Shown: one piece after another, positions 10,293-20,110 of the stretch
How the letters are laid out: every line of letters starts with the position of its first letter
How positions within the stretch are numbered: the stretch's first letter is position 1
Source: Flavobacteriales bacterium
GTDB taxonomy: Bacteria; Bacteroidota; Bacteroidia; Flavobacteriales_F; PHOS-HE28
Length of the DNA stretch: 64,000 bases
Assembly: GCA_016721005.1 (NCBI GenBank)
Contig: JADKJM010000007.1
Span: 24,571-88,570, forward strand
Direction: 5' to 3'
Notes under the pieces: generated by a model
Seen by the model: the letters and a program-made list of their open reading frames with translations, nothing else
Databases searched by the model: none
What the model was told of the DNA's origin: nothing
Made by a program: the position numbers and the translations under genes

Positions 10293-10300
10293 TACTTTTG
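10293..10300 (+). promoter_or_regulatory. Bacteroidota housekeeping promoter -7 element for the miaB operon
   Basis: TACTTTTG matches the TAnnTTTG consensus, about 19 bp before the miaB ATG. Confidence 0.55.
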
Positions 10301-10318
10301 CGGTCCCGATCGGGAAGC

Positions 10319-11767
10319 ATGTCCAAAAAGGTCTACATAGAGAGCTACGGCTGCCAGATGAACTTCAGCGACAGCGAGATCGTCGCGAGCGTCCTGGTGA
10401 AGGACGGCTACACCCCGGTGAAAAGCGCCGAGGAAGCCGACCTCGTGCTGCTGAACACGTGCAGCATCCGGGAGAAGGCCGAGTACACGGTGCTTCAGCG
10501 CATCAACGAGATGAACAACCTGAAAGCCCGCAAGAAGGGCCTGAAGGTGGGCGTGCTCGGGTGCATGGCCGAGCGGATGCGGGAGGATCTGTTGGAGAAG
10601 AAGAAGGTGGTGGATCTGGTGGTCGGCCCCGATGCGTACCGCACTCTACCCGATTTGTTGAGCAAAGTGGGCACGGGCCAAAAAGCCGTGAACGTGCTGC
10701 TGAGTCGTGAGGAGACCTATGGCGAGATCGAACCGGTGCGATTGGACAGCAACGGTGTCACGGCCTTCGTCACGATCATGCGCGGCTGCGACAACATGTG
10801 CGCGTTCTGCGTGGTGCCGTTCACACGTGGTCGTGAGCGCAGCCGCGATCCGCACACTATCGTGCGTGAATGCGAACAGCTTGTTGAGCAGGGCTACCGC
10901 GAGGTGACGCTGCTCGGACAGAACGTGGATAGCTACAAGTGGACCTCACCCCAACCCCTCTCCCGAGGAGAGGGGCTACCCTCGGCCGGAATTGTTGCCA
11001 ATGGGCATTCCCCCTCCCCCGTCGGGGGAGGCCGGGAGGGGGCTGTGGATTTCGCCGACCTCCTCGAGATGGTCGCGCTCGCGTGCCCTACTCTGCGCAT
11101 CCGTTACAGCACCAGCCATCCCAAGGACATGACCGACAAGGTGTTGGTGGTAATGGCGCGTTACGCCAACATCTGCAAGTACATCCACCTGCCGGTGCAG
11201 AGCGGAAGCAGCGAGGTGCTGAAGCGGATGAACCGCGGATACGATCGTGCATGGTACCTCGAACGCATGGTCAGCATCCGCGACCACATGCCCGAATGCG
11301 CGATCAGCACGGACATCATTGCGGGATTCAGCGGTGAGACCGAGGAGGATCACCAGCAGACACTGAGCTTGATGAACGAAGTGGTCTATGACATGGCCTT
11401 CATGTTCAAGTACAGCGAGCGGCCCAAGACCATGGCGGCGCGCAAATACGCCGACGATGTGCCGGAGGATGTGAAGGGACGCCGGTTGGCGGAGATCATC
11501 GAAACGCAGAAAAAGAAGAGTGCCGAGCGCATGGCGAGTTACGTAGGCCAAATACACGAGGTGTTGATCGAAGGGGTGAGCAAGCGCAGCGACGAGAATA
11601 TGTACGGGCGGAACACGCAGAACAGTGTGGTCATCTTGTCACGTTCCTTCAACGGCACGGAATTGAAGCCCGGCACCTTCGTGAGAACAGAGATCATCAG
11701 TTCGACCGCTGGCAGCTTGTTCGGCACGGTCATTCAGGTGTTGAACGCAGAACCCGTGGCGGCATGA
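10319..11767 (+). CDS. miaB: tRNA-2-methylthio-N6-dimethylallyladenosine synthase
   Basis: VYIESYGCQMN, NTCSIRE, GCMAER, radical-SAM CDNMCAFC, STDIIAGF, C-terminal TRAM domain. Confidence 0.97.
   Translation: MSKKVYIESYGCQMNFSDSEIVASVLVKDGYTPVKSAEEADLVLLNTCSIREKAEYTVLQRINEMNNLKARKKGLKVGVLGCMAERMREDLLEKKKVVDLVVGPDAYRTLPDLLSKVGTGQKAVNVLLSREETYGEIEPVRLDSNGVTAFVTIMRGCDNMCAFCVVPFTRGRERSRDPHTIVRECEQLVEQGYREVTLLGQNVDSYKWTSPQPLSRGEGLPSAGIVANGHSPSPVGGGREGAVDFADLLEMVALACPTLRIRYSTSHPKDMTDKVLVVMARYANICKYIHLPVQSGSSEVLKRMNRGYDRAWYLERMVSIRDHMPECAISTDIIAGFSGETEEDHQQTLSLMNEVVYDMAFMFKYSERPKTMAARKYADDVPEDVKGRRLAEIIETQKKKSAERMASYVGQIHEVLIEGVSKRSDENMYGRNTQNSVVILSRSFNGTELKPGTFVRTEIISSTAGSLFGTVIQVLNAEPVAA
10944..11044. 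repeat. REP-like inverted doublet inserted in frame inside miaB
   Basis: Hairpin CCCCTCTCC-cga-GGAGAGGGG and an inverted partner CTCCCCC-gtc-GGGGGAG-GCCGGGAGGGGG; translates SPQPLSRGEG...SPSPVGGGREG. Confidence 0.75.
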
Positions 11768-12978
11768 ACGTTCAACCCATCAAACAGCGATTCGAGATCA
11801 TCGGTGGATCACCCTTGCTGGATCGCGCGATGGAGATCGCCGTGCAAGTAGCGCCGACCGACCTGAGCGTATTAGTGCAGGGCGAGAGCGGCAGCGGCAA
11901 GGAGGTGATGAGCAAGATCATCCACGCGTACAGCACCCGCAAGCACGGCCCGTACCACGCGGTGAACTGCGGTGCCATCCCTGAAGGCACGATCGACAGC
12001 GAGCTCTTCGGTCACGAGAAGGGATCCTTCACCGGTGCGCATGAGGCCCGCAAAGGCTACTTCGAGACGGCCAACAACGGGACGCTTTTCCTCGACGAGG
12101 TGGGTGAACTGCCACTGACCACACAAGTGCGCTTGTTGCGCGTGTTGGAGACGGGTGAATTCATCCGCGTGGGAAGCAGCAAGAGCCAGAAGACCAGCGT
12201 GCGTGTGGTGGCGGCCACCAACGTACACATGATCCAAGCGGTGAACAAGGGTTCGTTCCGGGAGGATCTGTACTACCGCCTGAACACCGTTCCGATCCAC
12301 GTACCCGCCTTACGGGAACGGCGTGAGGACATCCACTTGCTCTTCCGCTATTTCGCGCAGGATGCGGGAACGAAGTATAAGGCCCCACCCCTCACGTTGC
12401 ACGATGACGCGTTGCAGTTATTGGTGAATTACCGCTGGCCGGGTAACGTGCGCCAACTGCGCAACATCGTGGAACAGATGAGCGTGATCGAAAAGACGCG
12501 GGACATCAGCCTGGCCACGTTGCGCAGCTATCTGCCGGAGGAAAGCACGGCGTTGGTTCCGGTGAGTGGCGGGCAGAATGGCAACGCGGCCGAGAGCATC
12601 AACGAACGCGAACTGATCTACAAGTTCCTCTTCGACATGAAGAAGGATCTGAATGATCTCAAGGAGCAGGTCCGATCCATCACAGGCGGCCAACCCACGT
12701 CGGCCAAATTGCAAACCACCCAGCGCGAGGAGATGGCCTTTCTCCGTGATGCCGCACCGGCGCGGGGGACCGTGAGCATCGTCCCTGCCGGACAGGATGA
12801 TGAGGAGGATGTGGACCATACCGAAGTGGAAGAGGTCTTGAGCATTGAGGAGAAGGAGAAGGAGTTGATCGCGAAGGCGCTGGTGAAGCACCGCAATCGT
12901 CGCAAGGGCGCGGCCAAGGAGTTGGGCATCAGTGAGCGCACGCTCTACCGCAAGATCAAGGAATACGGCATCCCGTGA
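11764..12978 (+). CDS. Sigma-54-dependent Fis-family transcriptional activator (no receiver domain)
   Basis: GESGSGKE, SELFGHEKGSFTGA, LFLDEVGE, FREDLYYRL, WPGNVRQL, C-terminal HTH AKELGISERTLYRK. Confidence 0.93.
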   Translation: MNVQPIKQRFEIIGGSPLLDRAMEIAVQVAPTDLSVLVQGESGSGKEVMSKIIHAYSTRKHGPYHAVNCGAIPEGTIDSELFGHEKGSFTGAHEARKGYFETANNGTLFLDEVGELPLTTQVRLLRVLETGEFIRVGSSKSQKTSVRVVAATNVHMIQAVNKGSFREDLYYRLNTVPIHVPALRERREDIHLLFRYFAQDAGTKYKAPPLTLHDDALQLLVNYRWPGNVRQLRNIVEQMSVIEKTRDISLATLRSYLPEESTALVPVSGGQNGNAAESINERELIYKFLFDMKKDLNDLKEQVRSITGGQPTSAKLQTTQREEMAFLRDAAPARGTVSIVPAGQDDEEDVDHTEVEEVLSIEEKEKELIAKALVKHRNRRKGAAKELGISERTLYRKIKEYGIP

Positions 12979-13469
12979 GGACGATCGCCCTGCTGGTGGT
13001 CCTGTTGCTCGCGCATGCGTGCAGGGTGAACTATTCATTCACCGGTGGTGATGTGGGCGATGCACGAACGGTAAGTGTGGAACTCTTTGCGGCACGCGCA
13101 CCACTGGCCACGCCGAACAGCGCGCAGGTCTTCACCGAAACATTGCGGGACCTGCTGCTCGCCCAAACGCCGCTGAAGCTGGCGCGCGAGAATGGTGATG
13201 TGCAGTACAGCGGGTCGATCAGCGGCTACGATGTGCAACCGGTGAACATCCAGGCCAACGAAACGGCCGCGTTGAACCGCCTGACCATCACGGCCACCGT
13301 GACCTTCGTGAACACCTTGGAGCCGAAGAAGAACGTCGAGTTCAATGTGTCGCGCTTCGCGGATTACAACAGTGCCACCGACCTCACCACGGTAGAGGAG
13401 CAATTGGTGCGCGATATCGGTAAGCAGTTGGCGCAGGATATCTTCGATCGCACCTTGGGCAACTGGTAG
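12975..13469 (+). CDS. lptE: LptE-family LPS assembly lipoprotein
   Basis: Lipobox AHAC, YSFTGG, FTETLRD, NRLTITATVTF; conserved position after the sigma-54 activator. Confidence 0.75.
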   Translation: MRTIALLVVLLLAHACRVNYSFTGGDVGDARTVSVELFAARAPLATPNSAQVFTETLRDLLLAQTPLKLARENGDVQYSGSISGYDVQPVNIQANETAALNRLTITATVTFVNTLEPKKNVEFNVSRFADYNSATDLTTVEEQLVRDIGKQLAQDIFDRTLGNW

Positions 13470-14465
13470 ATGGAACGCGAACGGCTCACGAAGCTTCTGG
13501 AGGATCCCTCCCGCATCACGCGGCAGGACTTGGCGGACCTCGTGGTGATGGCCGAACGATACCCGTGGTTCAGCGGCGCCCAGTTGCTGCGTGCAGCCGG
13601 TGAACGCTTGGGTGGCGAGGTGCTCTCCGACGAGACCTTGCGGACAGCCGGGGCACACCTACCATCGCGATCGGTACTGTTCGACCTGACGAATAACACC
13701 GCACCGCAGCCCACCGCACCGATGCGTGTGGTGAGGACGGTTGAAGCTCCGGTAGCAGACCCGACCACACCTGCTGTGGAGCCGGTCGCTGTCACACCGC
13801 CTATTCCGCCTGGGTCCGTAGCGCCGATCCATACCCCGGAGCCGTTGCCGGATCCGATCATTGAACCGGAGCCGATCGTCAAGGCAGCGCCTGCGGAGAG
13901 CGCAACCGATGAGTCCGCAGAGGAATTGGACCGCCTGATCTTGGAAAGTGCAGCGGCCAGCGCGTACAGCCTGACCGCTCTGGAGCCATTGGATCCACCG
14001 GCGGCCATCGTTGAACCGCCCGCCGTGCCTGTGGTTCCTGAGCCTCGTGTCGAGGTGATCCCACAGGTGGATCCAAAGGCAAGACTGCGCTTCACGGATT
14101 GGCTTGAGGTGGCGAATGTCACACCAACCGCCACGCCTTCTAGCGCGCTAGCCCCCCCCGATGCCAAAGTCGGAAAACCCACCCCGGAGGTCACCGATAC
14201 CACGGCCCTGATCGATCGGTTCATCCGGAGTGAGACCCCGGAACCCAACAGGAAGACCGCCTTCTTCACCCCGCAACAGGCCGGTAAGCGCAGTTTGGAC
14301 GATTCGGCCGGGCTGGTCACGGAAACATTGGCGCGGATCTACGCCAAGCAAGGCAACACGGCCAAGGCCATTGATGCATACCGACGTTTGGCACTGAAGT
14401 ACCCGGAGAAAAGCGCTTACTTCGCGGCCCTTTCCAAGGCTTTGGAAGAACAACAGAACCCGTAG
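13470..14465 (+). CDS. TPR-containing protein with Pro-rich linker
   Basis: YPWF..AQLL N-terminus; C-terminal LVTETLARIYAKQG...AIDAYRRLALKYPEKSAYFA; upstream of secG. Confidence 0.8.
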   Translation: MERERLTKLLEDPSRITRQDLADLVVMAERYPWFSGAQLLRAAGERLGGEVLSDETLRTAGAHLPSRSVLFDLTNNTAPQPTAPMRVVRTVEAPVADPTTPAVEPVAVTPPIPPGSVAPIHTPEPLPDPIIEPEPIVKAAPAESATDESAEELDRLILESAAASAYSLTALEPLDPPAAIVEPPAVPVVPEPRVEVIPQVDPKARLRFTDWLEVANVTPTATPSSALAPPDAKVGKPTPEVTDTTALIDRFIRSETPEPNRKTAFFTPQQAGKRSLDDSAGLVTETLARIYAKQGNTAKAIDAYRRLALKYPEKSAYFAALSKALEEQQNP

Positions 14466-14468
14466 ACC

Positions 14469-14813
14469 ATGGTCGCCCTTACCATCCTCATCCTCATCAT
14501 TTGTGCATTGTTGTCCCTCGTGGTCCTGGCCCAGAACCCCAAGGGGGGCGGCTTGGCATCAGGCTTCACCGGTGCTTCCCAGATCGGTGGCGTGCAGCGC
14601 ACCGCCGACTTTTTGGAGAAAGGCACGTGGACCCTCAGCACCCTGCTCATGGTCCTCTGCCTGGTCTCGGCCGGGATCCAGAAGCACTCCGGTGGTGAAC
14701 TGAACGAATTGGATTCCACCGTAGCGCCGGCTGATGCCGGTACGAACGCGACTCCCGATGCGGGTGGCACCACCACCGATGGGCAGGACGCTCCACCGGA
14801 GGACGGGAAGTAG
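14469..14813 (+). CDS. secG: Preprotein translocase subunit SecG
   Basis: VVLAQNPKGGGLASGF, GVQRTADFLEKGTW. Confidence 0.93.
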   Translation: MVALTILILIICALLSLVVLAQNPKGGGLASGFTGASQIGGVQRTADFLEKGTWTLSTLLMVLCLVSAGIQKHSGGELNELDSTVAPADAGTNATPDAGGTTTDGQDAPPEDGK

Positions 14814-14897
14814 TTCGATCGCCAGCCTGACAGCAGCCCCTGACGATCCCGAGGGGTTCGCAGTGATCTTGACAGGATCGGTACCCATTCCCCCGGA

Positions 14898-14913
14898 TGG
14901 CACGACCGTTGAC
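14898..14913 (+). promoter_or_regulatory. Possible sigma-54-type -24/-12 element upstream of groES
   Basis: TGGCAC-GACCG-TTGA versus consensus TGGCAC-N5-TTGC (one mismatch). Confidence 0.3.
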
Positions 14914-14966
14914 GAACGTGCGCCGTCCCAGTAAGACACCTAACAACCAAATCAATCCCGAGAATC

Positions 14967-15257
14967 ATGGCGAAAGTGAAACCGTTGGCAGACCGCGTGC
15001 TCGTGGAGGCCGCGCCGGCCGAAGAGACCACCAAGGGTGGGATCATCATCCCTGACACCGCGAAGGAGAAACCCCAACGTGGCAAGATCATCGCTGTCGG
15101 CACCGGCCGCGTGGCTGATGATGGCAAAGTGACCCCGCTCACCGTGAAGGTGGGAGACAATGTCCTGTATGGCAAGTACAGCGGCACCGAGCTTTCCCTC
15201 GAAGGCAAGGACTACATGATCATGCGCGAAAGCGACATCTACGCCGTACTGAATTAA
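14967..15257 (+). CDS. groES: Co-chaperonin GroES
   Basis: [38 protein letters not shown]. Confidence 0.98.
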   Translation: MAKVKPLADRVLVEAAPAEETTKGGIIIPDTAKEKPQRGKIIAVGTGRVADDGKVTPLTVKVGDNVLYGKYSGTELSLEGKDYMIMRESDIYAVLN

Positions 15258-15261
15258 GTAC

Positions 15262-16981
<1,720 letters not shown>

Positions 16982-17010
16982 GTCGCGTCCAGCGCATCTC
17001 TTCAATGCGC

Positions 17011-17036
17011 GAGCCCCGGTCGAAAGGCCGGGGTTC
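17011..17036 (+). terminator. Hairpin terminator after groEL
   Basis: GAGCCCCGGTC-gaaa-GGCCGGGGTTC. Confidence 0.7.
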
Positions 17037-17067
17037 GTTGCGTGTTGCCAACAAATCCTGAACGCCA

Positions 17068-18036
17068 ATGAGTCAGCCCAAGGAACTCAGAGAAATGAGA
17101 AAGATTCTTGAAGCGATTGACAAGAACGTCAATTCAAAATCTTGGCCGTGCTTGTATCCCGGCTGTCAAGAAGTAGCGATTAACTCGCATTTGCTGCAAC
17201 GCAATAGTGTCCTTTCAACATTAGTCGAGAATGGCCATCTCTACGAATTGAGCACCGCCGGTTCGTTCCAACTTGAGCCCGGCAGAATTCGCGAATTCAA
17301 GCTCACAAGTGCGAAGAAGGCTCTTTCAGAGCCGCTCTTCTGCAACCACCACGACCACTCGGTTTTCTTGCCTATCGAGTCAAACGATTCCGACTGGACT
17401 GCCTACGTCAACCAAATTCTCTTTGCATACAGGTCAACTTGTTCAGAGCTGCGAAAAAAGCAACGAGCGATTGAAACAGGACGCCGAAGAGCACAGTCCA
17501 ATATCCTCTCCGCCTCTTGGGCTCAGTCACGCGGTCCCCAAACTGTAGAAGAAATGCGGATGGGGATCGCTGACCTAGAGCATTTCAAACGCGACATGGA
17601 AGAGGACATCCTTAGCGGAACGAATCACTTTGAGTTCGTTACCTGCGACTTTCCCATACTAGACGTATGTGCATCTGCCGTTTTCACTCCCGTGGTTAAC
17701 CCAATCGCCAGCATGATTCCAGAGGAGCCCGTAAGCACGGAGTTCCTCAACATCATTCCGACAAATGGCAGACTCAAGGTCATCGTAGGCCATCACAAGA
17801 TTCACGTCGACAGTCCGACGTTGAGCCATGTCCATGAATGGTCCAAGATGGATGCTGAGGCTTTAGAGCAAAAGCTCACGAACCTATTCGCCTCTCGCTT
17901 GGAGACTTGGTGTTTGAGCCCAAGGCTCTATAGGCAAATTCCGAAGGGTAAACTGACCGGAATCTTACAGTTCTGGAACAATCCTGCCCATCATCACCTC
18001 TATGAGGAACAAGTCGACTTCAACCTATTTAGATGA
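17068..18036 (+). CDS. Hypothetical protein with Cys/His motifs (SEC-C-associated / His-Me-finger-like)
   Basis: CLYPGC...AINSHLLQ and LFCNHHDHSVF..IE motifs; lower GC and different codon usage by eye. Confidence 0.6.
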   Translation: MSQPKELREMRKILEAIDKNVNSKSWPCLYPGCQEVAINSHLLQRNSVLSTLVENGHLYELSTAGSFQLEPGRIREFKLTSAKKALSEPLFCNHHDHSVFLPIESNDSDWTAYVNQILFAYRSTCSELRKKQRAIETGRRRAQSNILSASWAQSRGPQTVEEMRMGIADLEHFKRDMEEDILSGTNHFEFVTCDFPILDVCASAVFTPVVNPIASMIPEEPVSTEFLNIIPTNGRLKVIVGHHKIHVDSPTLSHVHEWSKMDAEALEQKLTNLFASRLETWCLSPRLYRQIPKGKLTGILQFWNNPAHHHLYEEQVDFNLFR

Positions 18037-18157
18037 CCAACCGACAACAATGGCCGTGCCCTTGGGCCAGTGTCGACGTTACTAACACCTGTTAGGAACT
18101 CGCCTTGGGGCTTCGCTTCCCGCGCGGGTACTTTGCTGCCGCCTAAGCCAAGGCTGA

Positions 18158-19381
18158 ATGCAGCTCACCCCAAAACGTTTCTTCGACTTCTGCGCAGCGC
18201 ACGTGCCGCTGTTGCACGCCATCGCCATGAAGCCCGGCGATGTGAGCGAGGCGCAGGTCCGCCAGCTCATCCGCACCTTCAGCGACACCGCGGTGGAACA
18301 ACCCGAGACCACTTGGCAGCGGTTGCTGGAACTCCAGATCATCGTTCCGCTGGAGGAAGGCAGCGCGCACTACGTGATGTCGCAGGCGCTGTTGCAACTG
18401 CTCAACTTCCTGTACAACGACGCACTACCGACATCGCCGGAGATCATCCAGGGCTACATCGCCGCGTTGGAAAGTGCGCGCATGCGGTTGGTGGTTGGTG
18501 TGGAAGCGATGGACCCGCTCAGCGTACACATGGCCACGAGCGAAGTGGACCACACGCTGCGTCGCATGCAGGACGACCTCGATGCCACGCACCGCGCAGT
18601 GATGGCCGAAGTGGCGCGCTACAAGGCGGACCGCACGAGCGTGAGTGTGCGCGAACGCTACCTGCGGATCCTGAACCTGATGGATCAGTACGTGCATCCG
18701 CTGGTGGAGATCGTTCGTGTGGACGGCTTGCTGGTGGGCACCTTGAACGAAACGGATCTTGCGCTGCGCGCGGCGCGCGAGAACGGCGTGTTCACGGAGA
18801 TCGGGATGATCGAGCGCAACGAGCGGCAGATCCGCGCACTGCGCCGCCGTTCCATCCACACGCTGAACGAGAGCCGCAAGGAATTGCAGCCACTCTATGA
18901 AGTGCTGCGTCGTTCCTCGGCGATCGCACACGGCGCCACGCTCGCACTCGGTCGTTTGCGCCAGATGCGCTTGGAGGATTGGGTGGCGAACTATGTGGTA
19001 CTGGCCGATCGCGCCAGTGTGGAGTGTCCGCCGACGGATGCGGTGTTGCGCCACATCATCCACGAGGTGATCACGCACCCACCGACACCACCACCGGTGC
19101 TCTCGATGACCGAGAATCCCGACACGCCGCCGGATTACGTGCGCTTGCTGTGGCTGAACGAATTGCCCGCGATCCTGCACGAGGAGTTACCGGTGAAGGA
19201 TCTCACGGGCTGGCTCACCTCCAACTTCCCGGAGAAGAGCACCGGTGATGCATTGCTGGGTCTGAGCAAATTGCTCTTCGACCCGACGATGGACGTCACC
19301 TTCAAGGGCGGAGAACAGAAACAATACCGCACGCGCGACGGCGTGCTCGAAGCCACCACGATAGCGATCACGAAAGCATGA
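18158..19381 (+). CDS. mksF: MksF/JetA (MukF-like kleisin) subunit of an MksBEF-type SMC complex
   Basis: Recalled similarity to the Pseudomonas Mks ~410-aa subunit (SVRERYLRILNLMDQYVHPLVEIVRVDG; LQPLYEVLRRSSAIAHGATLAL); first gene of the F-E-B operon. Confidence 0.75.
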   Translation: MQLTPKRFFDFCAAHVPLLHAIAMKPGDVSEAQVRQLIRTFSDTAVEQPETTWQRLLELQIIVPLEEGSAHYVMSQALLQLLNFLYNDALPTSPEIIQGYIAALESARMRLVVGVEAMDPLSVHMATSEVDHTLRRMQDDLDATHRAVMAEVARYKADRTSVSVRERYLRILNLMDQYVHPLVEIVRVDGLLVGTLNETDLALRAARENGVFTEIGMIERNERQIRALRRRSIHTLNESRKELQPLYEVLRRSSAIAHGATLALGRLRQMRLEDWVANYVVLADRASVECPPTDAVLRHIIHEVITHPPTPPPVLSMTENPDTPPDYVRLLWLNELPAILHEELPVKDLTGWLTSNFPEKSTGDALLGLSKLLFDPTMDVTFKGGEQKQYRTRDGVLEATTIAITKA

Positions 19382-19956
19382 GCGAGCTACCCCAACTGAA
19401 GGAGATCTTCGACAAGCTCCGACAAGGCGCCTACATCACGCACGAGCAGGGAACCCTGCACACCTCGCTCGCCGAGGATTTCGATGCTTACAAGGATTAC
19501 TTCGAGCCGTTGGGCCTGAACCTGATCCGCCACCCGCGCGACTTCTTCTACCTGCACACCGAAGCCGCCGAGGGAACCCCGCCATCCGCTTCCCTCTCGC
19601 CCATCGCCGTGTTCAGCTTCATCCTCATCGAAGCTGCCGCGAACGAAGGACGACCCGTGGAGGAATACCTGCTCACCGAGCGCTTCAGCGTAGCCGGTCT
19701 GCCGCACCTTACCAGCGATCGATACAAAGCGCATTTGCGCGCGGTCGGCATTGATGATGAGGCCACATTGCGCAAACTGGTGAAGAGCATGGTGCGCCTC
19801 GGCTGGGTGGAATACTTCCCGGACGACACCTTCCGCTTCCTGCGTCCGTTCCATCGTGTGTTCGACAAGTGCCAAGAGATCAGCGCAGCGGCCGAACAGG
19901 ATAGTCGCGGTGTGTTGGAGCCGGTGGAGAAGGAGATCGACCCGGAGATGAATTAA
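19378..19956 (+). CDS. mksE: MksE/JetB (MukE-like KITE) subunit
   Basis: IFDKLRQGAYI, YFEPLGLNLIRHPRDFFYL winged-helix pattern; ATGA overlap with mksF. Confidence 0.75.
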   Translation: MSELPQLKEIFDKLRQGAYITHEQGTLHTSLAEDFDAYKDYFEPLGLNLIRHPRDFFYLHTEAAEGTPPSASLSPIAVFSFILIEAAANEGRPVEEYLLTERFSVAGLPHLTSDRYKAHLRAVGIDDEATLRKLVKSMVRLGWVEYFPDDTFRFLRPFHRVFDKCQEISAAAEQDSRGVLEPVEKEIDPEMN

Positions 19957-19958
19957 GG

Positions 19959-20091
19959 TACCGCAAAGGGCGCGAAGGACACAAAGGAGAAATGCCAGTG
20001 CCCCATGGAGTACCCAAATAGCGTCAGAAGTCGACCAACACATATGAACCCGAACGCCGCATTCTTCGTGCACTTTGTGCTCTTTGCGGTA
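19959..20091. repeat. Inverted-repeat (REP/MITE-like) element between mksE and mksB
   Basis: Arms TACCGCAAAG-GGCGCGAAG-GACACAAAG and CTTCGTGCA-CTTTGTGCT-CTTTGCGGTA with 9-bp internal periodicity. Confidence 0.75.
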
Positions 20092-20110
20092 TCCATCAGC
20101 CTTTGATCGC

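Noticed and set aside
14820-14966. CIRCE/HrcA operator upstream of groES
   Set aside because: No TTAGCACTC-N9-GAGTGCTAA match was found
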